NCBI RefSeq assembly: GCF_020541245.1
Contig: NZ_CP045876.1
Coordinates: forward strand, 180,001 to 212,000
Direction of reading: 5' to 3'
Length of the DNA: 32,000 bases
DNA from: Candidatus Annandia pinicola
Lineage (GTDB): Bacteria; Pseudomonadota; Gammaproteobacteria; Enterobacterales; Enterobacteriaceae_A
A program made the translations under genes and the position numbers. Below, piece after piece: positions 9,626 through 18,697 of this stretch (position 1 is its first letter; each line of letters begins with the position of its first letter). The notes beneath the pieces were generated by a model that saw only the letters and a program-made list of their open reading frames with translations, ran no database searches and was not told the DNA's origin.

Positions 9626-10855
9626 TTATACCTCTTTTATTAAATTTTTATTATTATATTTTAATGAACGTATTCTAGATGAAAGTGAAAATAAACGAAT
9701 AAATCCAGCTGCATGGCTATGTTTATAATCTTTATCTTTATTAAAAGTTACAGTTTTTTGAGAATATAAACTATAAGGTGATTTTCTTTGTAAAATAGTT
9801 ATATTTCCTTTATATAATTTTATTTTTACTTCACCAGTTAATAATTTTATTAATGGTTTATTAGCATATTCCAATGATTTTCTCATAGGAGTAAACCATT
9901 TTCCTTCATATATTAAATGTGACATTTCTATACCAATTATAGATCTCCATTTTATTGTTTCTTTATCAAATACTAATTGTTCAATAGCATCTAAAACTTT
10001 AATTATAATTGTTCCTCCAGGAGTTTCATAACATCCTCTTGATTTCATACCTATAATTCTATTTTCTATTATATCAATTCTACCTATTCCATGTTTTTTA
10101 CCAATTTCATTTAATTTTAATAAACATTGAATAGGATTTAATATATTGTTATTAATTGAAATAATATAACCATTTTTAATTTGTAAAGATATAATATCTG
10201 GTATATTAATCGTATCTTTAATATCTAATGTCCAAGACCAACAATTTTTATTAGAAGGACTAGAAATTTTTTCTAAATTACCACCTTCTGTAGAAATATG
10301 CCAAATATTTTCATCTTGGCTATATATTTTTTTTAAACTAGCAGTAGTTTTTATTTTTTTTTTTTTTAAATATTTTATTATTTCTTCTCTAGATGTAAAG
10401 CTCCATTCACGCCATGGTGCTATAACATTTAACTGAGGAGCTAATGATGCATATGTATACTCAAATCTAATTTGATCATTACCTTTTCCAGTAGCTCCAT
10501 GAGAAACAGCATCTGCATTTAATTTTAAAGCTAAATCTATTTGAGCTTTTGCTATTAAGGGTCTAGCAATAGCAGTTCCTAATAAATAATTATTTTCATA
10601 AACAGCTTTATTATGTAATAGTGGATAAATGTAATTTTTTATAAAATTCTCTTTTAAATCTAAAATATAACAAGAAATAGCTCCAGATGATAATGCTTTA
10701 TTTTTTATATTTTTTAAATCTTTATAATTTTGTCCTATATCAACAACTAAGGCAACTACTTTACATTTATAATTATCTCTTAACCATGGTATAATTGCAG
10801 AAGTATCTAACCCCCCAGAATATGCTAAAATCACTTTATTAATTTTTTTATACAT
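9626..10855 (-). CDS. argG: argininosuccinate synthase (short, type-I form)
   Basis: 409 aa. Contains AYSGGLDTS (ATP pyrophosphatase P-loop), SHGATGKGNDQIRFE, IENRIIGMKSRGCYETPGG. Its length and sequence fit the roughly 400-aa type-I ArgG, not the 447-aa E. coli K-12 type. Confidence 0.96.
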   Translation of the reverse strand: MYKKINKVILAYSGGLDTSAIIPWLRDNYKCKVVALVVDIGQNYKDLKNIKNKALSSGAISCYILDLKENFIKNYIYPLLHNKAVYENNYLLGTAIARPLIAKAQIDLALKLNADAVSHGATGKGNDQIRFEYTYASLAPQLNVIAPWREWSFTSREEIIKYLKKKKIKTTASLKKIYSQDENIWHISTEGGNLEKISSPSNKNCWSWTLDIKDTINIPDIISLQIKNGYIISINNNILNPIQCLLKLNEIGKKHGIGRIDIIENRIIGMKSRGCYETPGGTIIIKVLDAIEQLVFDKETIKWRSIIGIEMSHLIYEGKWFTPMRKSLEYANKPLIKLLTGEVKIKLYKGNITILQRKSPYSLYSQKTVTFNKDKDYKHSHAAGFIRLFSLSSRIRSLKYNNKNLIKEV

Positions 10856-10943
10856 TTAAAAAGTCTCTTTATATTATATCTTAAAATATTAAATATAAAT
10901 GACAATTATATTTATTATAATTATAATTATTAATTAATATAAA

Positions 10944-11159
10944 TTATTTTATTTTTATCATTCCAATAAAACGTTTATTAAATTTATCTACTCTTCCACC
11001 AGTATCAATAATTCTTTGTTTTCCAGTATAAAATGGATGACATTTAGAACATATATCTATATTTATATTATTACATATAGTTGATTTTATATAAATATTA
11101 TTTCCACAAGAACATTTAACTATGATATCTTTATATTTTGGATGTATTTTTTTTTTCAT
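10944..11159 (-). CDS. rpmE: 50S ribosomal protein L31 (zinc-ribbon type)
   Basis: 71 aa. MKKKIHPKY...CSCGN...[26 protein letters not shown] is collinear with E. coli L31, and all four Cys are retained. Confidence 0.96.
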   Translation of the reverse strand: MKKKIHPKYKDIIVKCSCGNNIYIKSTICNNINIDICSKCHPFYTGKQRIIDTGGRVDKFNKRFIGMIKIK

Positions 11160-11506
11160 TATTTTATAATTATTGTTATTTTAATAACAATAAAAGAGTT
11201 ATTATATATATAATAAAAATTATTATAATTAAAATTTGATTTAAAAAAAAATAAATTATTAAATAAATATTTTTATTACATGTTAAATAATAAAAATAAT
11301 ATTATATAAATTAATAATATTATATTAATTAAATAAAAATAATTATATTAAAATAAATTAATTATATTACTAAAAAAAAATAAAATTATTAAAATATTTT
11401 AATTATTATAAAAAATATTTTTTATTAAAATAATATTATTATATAATTAAATAATATAATAAAATTATATTTAAAATTTTTATTTTTTAAAGCTATAGGA
11501 AATAAT

Positions 11507-12250
11507 ATGCAATGGATTAATGCTAAAGTAAAAAAAATTAATATATGGAATAATAATTTATTTAGTTTAATTTTAAGAGCTAATGTAAATAATTTTATTG
11601 CAGGCCAGTTTGTACGTTTAACAACATTAAAATCTAAAAATAATATTAGACGTGCCTATTCTTATGTAAATTCACCAATTAATAAAAATTTAGAATTTTA
11701 TATTATTAGAATTGATTCAGGAAGTTTAAGTAATGAATTATATAATTTAAAAAAAAATGATTTTGTTATGATTACTAAAGAATCTTTTGGTTTTTTTACA
11801 ATAAAAGAAATACCTAAATGTGAAAATTTATGGATGTTTTCAACAGGTACGGCAATTGGACCTTATTTATCTATTTTACAATATAAAAAAGGTTTAGAAT
11901 TTTTTAAAAATATTATATTAGTTCATGCTGTAAGATTTATAAAAGATTTAAATTATTTAATATTAATTAATAATTTAAAAAAAAAATATAATAATAAATT
12001 AAAAGTAATATTAATATCAAGCAGAGAGAAAAGTAATATATCAATTTCAGGTAGAATTCCAAAACTGATATCTAATGGTATAATAGAAAAAAAAGCTAAT
12101 ATTATAATAGATAAAAACAGTCATGTTATGATATGTGGAAACCCTGAAATGATTATAGAAACCCAAGAATTGTTAAAAAAAGACCGTAATATGAAAAAAA
12201 ATTTACGTAGTTCTCCAGGTAATATTACAACTGAAAACTATTGGAAATAA
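11507..12250 (+). CDS. fpr: ferredoxin/flavodoxin-NADP+ reductase
   Basis: 247 aa (E. coli Fpr 248). Contains LFSL, AGQF, RAYSYVNSP (FAD-binding RxYS), LWMFSTGTAIGPYLSIL, HVMICGNPEM and a C-terminal ...TENYW, as in E. coli ...AEHYW. AGGAA Shine-Dalgarno upstream. Confidence 0.93.
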   Translation: MQWINAKVKKINIWNNNLFSLILRANVNNFIAGQFVRLTTLKSKNNIRRAYSYVNSPINKNLEFYIIRIDSGSLSNELYNLKKNDFVMITKESFGFFTIKEIPKCENLWMFSTGTAIGPYLSILQYKKGLEFFKNIILVHAVRFIKDLNYLILINNLKKKYNNKLKVILISSREKSNISISGRIPKLISNGIIEKKANIIIDKNSHVMICGNPEMIIETQELLKKDRNMKKNLRSSPGNITTENYWK

Positions 12251-12272
12251 AATACTATAATTAAGGACCTAA

Positions 12273-13022
12273 ATGAGAAAATTTTTAGTTATTGGTAATT
12301 GGAAATTAAATGGTAATAAAAAATTTTTAATTAATTTTATAAATAATTTTAAAAAAAAAAAAATTCCTAAGAATTGTGATATTGTTATCGCACCACCTTT
12401 ATTATATTTAGATATGTTAAATTATTTAACTTTAAATAGTAATATTTATTTAGGAGCACAAAATGTAGATATTAACATTAATGGACCTTTTACTGGAGAT
12501 ATTTCTGTTGAAATGTTAAAAGATATTGGTGTTAAATATGTTATTATTGGACATTCAGAAAGAAGATTTAATTATTATGAAAATAATTTTACAGTTTTAA
12601 AAAAATTTATTTTATTAAAAAAAAATAATCTTATACCTGTTATATGTATAGGAGAAAATTACAAAGAAAAAAAAAATAATTTAACAAAAAAAGTATGCAT
12701 TAATCAAATTGAAATAATTATAAAAAAATTAGGTATTAATGCATTAAAAAACACTGTAATTGCTTATGAACCAATTTGGGCAATTGGAACTGGTAAATCA
12801 GCAACTCCTGAATATGTACAAAATATAAATAATTTTATAAGATCTTATATTTATAATTATAGTAAATCAATTGCAAAAAATATAATAATTCAATACGGTG
12901 GTTCAGTTAACGAAAATAATGCTAAATCTTTTTATTTACAACCAGATATTAATGGATTATTAATAGGTAATTCGTCTTTAAAAATAAACAGTTTTATAGG
13001 TATTATTAAAAAAATTGTTTAG
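12273..13022 (+). CDS. tpiA: triosephosphate isomerase
   Basis: 249 aa. Contains GNWKLNG, IIGHSERR (catalytic His), AYEPIWAIGTG (catalytic Glu) and IQYGGSV. AAGGA Shine-Dalgarno upstream. fpr-tpiA-pfkA neighbourhood as in E. coli. Confidence 0.96.
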   Translation: MRKFLVIGNWKLNGNKKFLINFINNFKKKKIPKNCDIVIAPPLLYLDMLNYLTLNSNIYLGAQNVDININGPFTGDISVEMLKDIGVKYVIIGHSERRFNYYENNFTVLKKFILLKKNNLIPVICIGENYKEKKNNLTKKVCINQIEIIIKKLGINALKNTVIAYEPIWAIGTGKSATPEYVQNINNFIRSYIYNYSKSIAKNIIIQYGGSVNENNAKSFYLQPDINGLLIGNSSLKINSFIGIIKKIV

Positions 13023-13043
13023 TTTACTATATTAATTAAAAAT

Positions 13044-14015
13044 CTATAATATTTTTTTTATATTGCTCATCCATTTTTTTTTAAATGATTTTTCTTTTTT
13101 TTTAAATGTATAATCTAAATCATTAAATATTAATTTATCATTTTTAATACCAATAAACTTACCAGAATATCCATTTAATAATAACTCTATTGCATAAGAA
13201 CCCATACGAGAAGCTAAAATCCTATCATATGCAACAGGTACACCTCCACGTTGAATATGACCCAATATAGTAGACCTTGTTTCTTTTTTTGTAGTTATTT
13301 CTATATATTTAGATAATTTTTTTATATTACATATATTTTCAGTAACAGCTATAATTGCATGTTTTATTCCACATTTCATTTCATATTTTATTTCATTAAC
13401 TAATTTAGAAAAACTATAAGTTACTTCAGGTAAAATTATAAATTTACATCCTCCAGCTATAGCCGCAGCTACAGTTAAGTTTCCACAATTACGACCCATA
13501 ATTTCAACAATAGAAATTCTTTGATGAGAAGATGAGGTATCTCTTAATCTATCAATAGATTGAACTATACTTTCTAAAGCAGTAAAATAACCAATAGTAT
13601 AATCTGTTCCATTTATATCATTATCTATAGTTCCAGGTAAACATATACAATTAACCCCCATATCATGTAAACACTTAGCTCCCATGCAAGAACCATCACC
13701 TCCTATTATTATTAATGCATCTATATTAGAAGATATTAAATTTTGAATTGCTTTTAATCTAATTTTTTTTTTATTAAATTCCGGAAATCTAGCTGAACCT
13801 AAAAATGTACCCCCTCTATTTATTATATTTAAAACACTATTAAAATTTAATTCAATCATTCTATTTTCATATAATCCTAAATAACCATCAAAAACCCCCA
13901 TTACCTTAATTTTTAATTTAACAGCTGATAATACTATACTTCTTATTGCAGTATTCATACCAGGGGAATCCCCCCCACTAGTTAATATACCAATTTTTTT
14001 TATTATATTATTCAT
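13044..14015 (-). CDS. pfkA: ATP-dependent 6-phosphofructokinase
   Basis: 323 aa (E. coli 320). Contains [48 protein letters not shown] and LGHIQRGG. Confidence 0.97.
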   Translation of the reverse strand: MNNIIKKIGILTSGGDSPGMNTAIRSIVLSAVKLKIKVMGVFDGYLGLYENRMIELNFNSVLNIINRGGTFLGSARFPEFNKKKIRLKAIQNLISSNIDALIIIGGDGSCMGAKCLHDMGVNCICLPGTIDNDINGTDYTIGYFTALESIVQSIDRLRDTSSSHQRISIVEIMGRNCGNLTVAAAIAGGCKFIILPEVTYSFSKLVNEIKYEMKCGIKHAIIAVTENICNIKKLSKYIEITTKKETRSTILGHIQRGGVPVAYDRILASRMGSYAIELLLNGYSGKFIGIKNDKLIFNDLDYTFKKKEKSFKKKWMSNIKKIL

Positions 14016-14119
14016 ATATTTTTTTTTATTTAAATGATTATTTTTTTATAATATTTAAAATTATATTATAATTATTTTTAAAATATATTATTATAATTAA
14101 ACATTAATTATAATTTTTT

Positions 14120-14929
14120 TTATTTTTGACAATTATTACAAAAAAAAGTAGATCTCCCCCTTTGTATTATTTTTTTTATTAAAAAATTACATTTTTTACA
14201 TTTTTTTTTTTTTTTTCCATATATTTTTAAAAATTTTTTAAAATTACCTTTTTTTTTATTAATTCTTATAAAGTTTTTTATTGTAGTGCCATTATATTTA
14301 ATAGCTTTTTTTATTATATATTTAATACTATTTATTAATTTATTACATTCATATAAACTTATATTCATTGATAATCTATATGGTAATATACAAGCATTAA
14401 ATAAAACTTCATTTGCATATATATTACCTATTCCAACAACAAACTTATTATCCATTATGAAATCTTTAATTTTTATTTTTTTTTTTCTAGTATAATAAAA
14501 TAAATAATATAAATTAAACTTTTTACTAAGTGGTTCTATTCCTAAATTTAAAAATATTTTTTCATTATATAAATTATTACTCCATAAATATAATCCAAAT
14601 CTTCTAGGATCGTTATAACGTAAAATTTTATTATTATTTATTATTAAATCTACATGATCATGTTTATTTATTTTTGTATTCTTTGAACATATAAATAAAC
14701 TTCCAGACATACCTAAATGTATAATAATATAACCTAATTCTATTTTTATAATAATATATTTAGCAATTCTTTTTATATTTATAATTTTATTTTTTTTTAT
14801 GTTTATAATTTCTTTAGAAACTTTCTTTCTAAGCTTTTTACATCTAACAATAGAATATATTATTATTTTATTTAATAATAATTTTCTTATATCTTTGCAT
14901 ATAGTTTCTATTTCAGGTAATTCTGGCAT
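14120..14929 (-). CDS. mutM: formamidopyrimidine-DNA glycosylase (Fpg/MutM)
   Basis: 269 aa (E. coli 269). Has the N-terminal catalytic MPELPEIE and a C-terminal zinc finger CKKC...(17 aa)...CNNC. The body is highly K/I/N-enriched but collinear. Lies downstream of rpmB-rpmG as in E. coli. Confidence 0.88.
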   Translation of the reverse strand: MPELPEIETICKDIRKLLLNKIIIYSIVRCKKLRKKVSKEIINIKKNKIINIKRIAKYIIIKIELGYIIIHLGMSGSLFICSKNTKINKHDHVDLIINNNKILRYNDPRRFGLYLWSNNLYNEKIFLNLGIEPLSKKFNLYYLFYYTRKKKIKIKDFIMDNKFVVGIGNIYANEVLFNACILPYRLSMNISLYECNKLINSIKYIIKKAIKYNGTTIKNFIRINKKKGNFKKFLKIYGKKKKKCKKCNFLIKKIIQRGRSTFFCNNCQK

Positions 14930-14941
14930 ATTTTTTTTAAT

Positions 14942-15103
14942 TTATTTAATTTTATATTCTTTATAAATTACATGTTTTCTAATTAAAGGATCATATTTCT
15001 TTAATTTCATTTTTTTACTTTTTTTATTTTTAGTTGTAGTATAAAAATGTTTTGTTCCTGAAGATGATATTAATTTAATATTTATTTTATTTTTTTTTAC
15101 CAT
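14942..15103 (-). CDS. rpmG: 50S ribosomal protein L33 (not in the supplied ORF track; below its size cut-off)
   Basis: Hand translation of the minus strand gives [53 protein letters not shown] (53 aa). This is collinear with E. coli L33 ([55 protein letters not shown]). The ATG at 15103 overlaps the 3' end of rpmB by 17 nt. The TAA stop is at 14942-14944, 12 nt before the mutM ATG. Confidence 0.9.
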   Translation of the reverse strand: MVKKNKINIKLISSSGTKHFYTTTKNKKSKKMKLKKYDPLIRKHVIYKEYKIK

Positions 15104-15326
15104 AATTACCTTTGTTTTTTTTATTTAATATTTCAATACCTTTTTTATCAATTATGCGCATACCTTTAATTGAAATTTTAAATTTCATAAATTTTTTTTT
15201 TTTTGATATCCAAAATTTATGTGTATGTATATTTGGCAAAAAACGCCTTTTAGTTGAATTCATAGCATGAGATCTATTATTACCAAATAAAGGTTTTTTT
15301 CCAGTAATAAAACATATTCTAGACAT
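15087..15326 (-). CDS. rpmB: 50S ribosomal protein L28
   Basis: 79 aa. [33 protein letters not shown]...F is collinear with E. coli L28 ([34 protein letters not shown]). Confidence 0.96.
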   Translation of the reverse strand: MSRICFITGKKPLFGNNRSHAMNSTKRRFLPNIHTHKFWISKKKKFMKFKISIKGMRIIDKKGIEILNKKNKGNYGKKK

Positions 15327-15403
15327 ATAGTAATCCTCGTTTTTTAATTTTTATAAACTAAAAAAAATATATTTTAAAAAAAAATTAAGGTGATTTTTTT
15401 AAA

Positions 15404-15865
15404 TTGAAAATAAATAATATTGATATTAAAATTATAGATTCAAAAATAGGTAGTATATTTCCTATACCAAATTATATAACTAAGGGTTCATCTGGAATTG
15501 ATTTAATAGCTTGTATTGATAAAAAAAAAAAAATTAAACCAAATAAAGTTAAGTTGGTATCTACAGGTTTAGCAATATATATTAAAGATCCAAATATATT
15601 TGCTATAATTACTCCAAGATCAGGTTTAGGACATAATAATGGAATAATATTAGGTAATACTATTGGTATTATAGATTCTGATTACCAAGGAGAAATAATG
15701 ATATCGGTTTTAAATAGAAGTAATAACATATTTGAGATTAAACCTGGATATAGAATTGCTCAGATTATTTTTTTACCATTAATTAAAGTAAAATTTAATT
15801 TAGTAAAAAAATTTAAATTAAGTAAAAGAGGAAATAAAGGAATAGGTCATTCTGGTTTAATATAA
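15404..15865 (+). CDS. dut: dUTP diphosphatase (dUTPase)
   Basis: 153 aa. Contains GSSGIDL, TGLAI, PRSGLGHNNGIILGNTIGIIDSDYQGEIMIS, RIAQIIF and the C-terminal motif V RGNKGIGHSG. TTG start at 15404, preceded by an AAGGTGA Shine-Dalgarno (15388-15394). No in-frame ATG fits the conserved N-terminus. Confidence 0.93.
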   Translation: MKINNIDIKIIDSKIGSIFPIPNYITKGSSGIDLIACIDKKKKIKPNKVKLVSTGLAIYIKDPNIFAIITPRSGLGHNNGIILGNTIGIIDSDYQGEIMISVLNRSNNIFEIKPGYRIAQIIFLPLIKVKFNLVKKFKLSKRGNKGIGHSGLI

Positions 15866-15955
15866 TATATATATAAATATTTTAATATTTTATTAATATT
15901 TAATTTAAATTATATTTTATTTTTTTATAATAATTTTAACTAAAAGAAAAAAAAA

Positions 15956-16675
15956 ATGATTAAAATCGGAATAATAGGTGCTATGAATATAGAGGTTTAC
16001 AAATTTTGTAAATATATTAAAAATATAAAATTTAAAAGATTTTTAAACTTTAAAATATATATTGGAAATTGGGATAAAATAAAAGTTTTTTTATTACAAA
16101 CTAATATTGGAAAAGTAAATTCTGCTATAAGTACTTCATTATTAATAAAAAAATATAAAATTAATATAATTATTAACATAGGATATGCTGGTAGTATATC
16201 TAAAAAAATAAATATTAATGATATTATTTTATCTAAAAATACAGCTTATTATGATACAAATATTAATTTAATTGATAATTGTAAAAAATATAAATTAAAT
16301 AAATCAAATTATCTTAATTTAAATATTAAATTAATAAAATGTTTTGAAATATGTATGAATAAAATAAAAATAAACTATAAAAAAGGTTTAATAATAAGTG
16401 GGGATTATTTTATTAATAGCAATATATTTATTAATAACATTAAAAAACTTTTTCCTAATGCAATAGCAATAGATATGGAATCAGCTTCTATTTCACATGT
16501 ATGTTATTTATTTAATATACCTTGTGTTATAATAAAATCTATATCAGATATAGCAGGTAATAATTCAGATAAATTTTTTAAAAAAAATATTAATAATATA
16601 CCATTTAATATACCTGAAATTATAAATATTTTTTTTACAATATATATATATAAAAATTTTTTTTATTTATCATAA
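15956..16675 (+). CDS. mtnN: 5'-methylthioadenosine / S-adenosylhomocysteine nucleosidase
   Basis: 239 aa. MIKIGIIGAMNIEV matches E. coli Pfs MKIGIIGAMEEEV. Also contains GKVNSA and IAIDMESASI...IKSISD. erpA is adjacent, as in the E. coli erpA...mtn neighbourhood. Confidence 0.85.
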   Translation: MIKIGIIGAMNIEVYKFCKYIKNIKFKRFLNFKIYIGNWDKIKVFLLQTNIGKVNSAISTSLLIKKYKINIIINIGYAGSISKKININDIILSKNTAYYDTNINLIDNCKKYKLNKSNYLNLNIKLIKCFEICMNKIKINYKKGLIISGDYFINSNIFINNIKKLFPNAIAIDMESASISHVCYLFNIPCVIIKSISDIAGNNSDKFFKKNINNIPFNIPEIINIFFTIYIYKNFFYLS

Positions 16676-16686
16676 TTTAAATATTA

Positions 16687-17040
16687 TTAAATATTAAAAG
16701 ATAATCCACAACTACAATTATGTTTAGCATTTGGATTACGAACAATAAATTTAGATCCTTCTAAATTTTCTACATAATCAATTGTGCTTCCTAACAAATA
16801 TTGTAAACTAATTTTATCAATGGTAACAATTATGTTTTTCTTATTTATAATAAAATCATATTCATTTAAATTATTGTCTAAAATAAAACCATATTTAAAA
16901 CCACTACAACCCCCACCCTGTATATAAACTCTAAATTTTAATTTTTTATTTTTATCTTTTAATAATAAATTTTTAACTTTTTTATATGCTGATTTAGTAA
17001 ATTTAATATTAAACAACTTTTTATTATTCATAATTTCCAT
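16687..17040 (-). CDS. erpA: A-type iron-sulfur cluster carrier/insertion protein (ErpA-like)
   Basis: 117 aa. Contains [20 protein letters not shown]...[40 protein letters not shown]. It is collinear with E. coli ErpA, and all three cluster-ligand Cys are retained. The start could instead be Met4 (17031). Confidence 0.88.
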   Translation of the reverse strand: MEIMNNKKLFNIKFTKSAYKKVKNLLLKDKNKKLKFRVYIQGGGCSGFKYGFILDNNLNEYDFIINKKNIIVTIDKISLQYLLGSTIDYVENLEGSKFIVRNPNAKHNCSCGLSFNI

Positions 17041-17135
17041 TTTAAATATTAATATATTTTAAAATTTATTTTTAATAAATTAATTTATTATCAAAATAAA
17101 TTAATAAATTATTAAAAAAAATATAGGTAATTTTT

Positions 17136-18542
17136 ATGAAAAAAAAACAAAATTTTGGTATCATAGGTATGGCAGTAATGGGTAAAAATTTAGCTTTAAA
17201 TATAGCTAATAATAGTTATAAAGTATCAGTTTATAATCGTTCTGAGAAAAAAATTAAAGAAATTGTTGATATTAATAATAAAAATATAATTCCATTTAAT
17301 AATATAAAAAAATTTATTAATTCATTAACGCCACCTAAAACAATATTATTAATGATTAAATCAGGTAAAGCAACAAAAGATACTATAAAAAAAATATCAA
17401 AATATTTAAAACCTCATGATGTTATAATAGATGGGGGTAATTCTTTTTATAAAGATACTATGGAAATAAGTAATTTCTTATTTAAAAAACATATTAAATT
17501 TATTGGGGCTGGAATATCTGGTGGAGAATATGGAGCTTTAAATGGACCATCAATTATGCCTGGAGGTTCTTTAATCGCATATAAAATTACAAAACATATT
17601 TTTAAAAAAATATCTGCTTTGTCTGAAGAAAATTTTTCATGTATTTGTTATTTAGGACCAAATGGATCTGGTCATTATATTAAAATGATACATAATGGTA
17701 TTGAATATGGTAATATGCAATTAATTGCAGAATCATATTTTATGTTAAAATATTTTTTTAAATATGATAATAAAAAAATATCTAATTTGTTTAGTGAATG
17801 GAATAAACATGAGTTAAATAGTTATTTAATAGAAATTACAAAACAAATAATAAAAAAGAAAAATAAAAATAATAAAGATTATTTAATAAATTCAATTTCT
17901 GACGTAGCTGATAGTAAAGGTACTGGTAAATGGTCAGTAAAAAATTCTTTAGATTTAGGAGAACCTTTTTATATTGCAGCAGCTTCTTTATTTGAAAGAT
18001 ATATCTCTTGTTTTAAAAAAGAAAGAAAACTATTATCTAAAATATTTATAAAAAAACAAAAAATATCAAATTATAATATTACTGTAGAACATATAAGAAA
18101 ATCATTATATTTAAGCACATTGATTTCATACATACAAGGGTTCAATCAATTAAGATTAGCTTCATTAAAATATAATTGGAATTTAAAATTAGGTAAAATT
18201 GCTAAAATATGGTTTTCAGGTTGTATTATAAAATCAAGATGTTTAAAAAACATAGAACAAGAATTTCTTAAAGATGAAAAATTATCTAATTTAATGTTTT
18301 CAGATTATTTTAAAGATACTATAGATTCAAATATTTCTTTCTTAAGAAAAACAGTTTTATGTGCAATAGATAATAGTATTTCTATTCCTGCTTTTAATGC
18401 TGCTCTTACATTTTTTGATAGTTATACTTCAAAAGAATTATCAACTAATTTAGTACAAGCTCAAAGAGATTGTTTTGGTTCTCATAGATATATTAGAAAC
18501 GATAAAAAAGGATATTTTCATACTCATTGGATAAAAGAATAA
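17136..18542 (+). CDS. gnd: 6-phosphogluconate dehydrogenase, decarboxylating
   Basis: 468 aa (E. coli 468). Contains GIIGMAVMGKNLALNI (Rossmann motif), IIDGGNS, GAGISGGE, GPSIMPGG, GSGHYIKMIHNGIEYG and AQRDCFGSH. Confidence 0.96.
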   Translation: MKKKQNFGIIGMAVMGKNLALNIANNSYKVSVYNRSEKKIKEIVDINNKNIIPFNNIKKFINSLTPPKTILLMIKSGKATKDTIKKISKYLKPHDVIIDGGNSFYKDTMEISNFLFKKHIKFIGAGISGGEYGALNGPSIMPGGSLIAYKITKHIFKKISALSEENFSCICYLGPNGSGHYIKMIHNGIEYGNMQLIAESYFMLKYFFKYDNKKISNLFSEWNKHELNSYLIEITKQIIKKKNKNNKDYLINSISDVADSKGTGKWSVKNSLDLGEPFYIAAASLFERYISCFKKERKLLSKIFIKKQKISNYNITVEHIRKSLYLSTLISYIQGFNQLRLASLKYNWNLKLGKIAKIWFSGCIIKSRCLKNIEQEFLKDEKLSNLMFSDYFKDTIDSNISFLRKTVLCAIDNSISIPAFNAALTFFDSYTSKELSTNLVQAQRDCFGSHRYIRNDKKGYFHTHWIKE

Positions 18543-18601
18543 TAAAAACTAAAATTTTTTTATAATATAATTATAAAAAAATAATTTATTAAATTTATAT
18601 T

Positions 18602-18655
18602 ATATCATTTTTTTAATTATAATTTATTAAAAAAATTATAATTAAAAAATGATAT
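18602..18655. terminator. long A/T hairpin between convergent gnd and fldA (candidate bidirectional terminator)
   Basis: Arms 18602-18623 and 18635-18655 pair over about 21 bp with one bulged T and one C:G pair. The loop is 11 nt (18624-18634). It sits in the 155-nt gap between two convergent stop codons. The stem is almost entirely A:T, has no clear U-tract, and a chance origin in this composition is plausible. Confidence 0.3.
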
Positions 18656-18697
18656 TATTAAAAAAAATAAAAATAATTTTAATAATAAATAATTATT

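Noticed and set aside
14286-14495. 69-aa plus-strand ORF inside mutM
   Set aside because: Antisense to mutM, with the same low-complexity antisense signature.
15997-16179. 60-aa minus-strand ORF inside mtnN
   Set aside because: Antisense to mtnN, whose N-terminus (IGIIGAMNIEV) is clearly the real frame.
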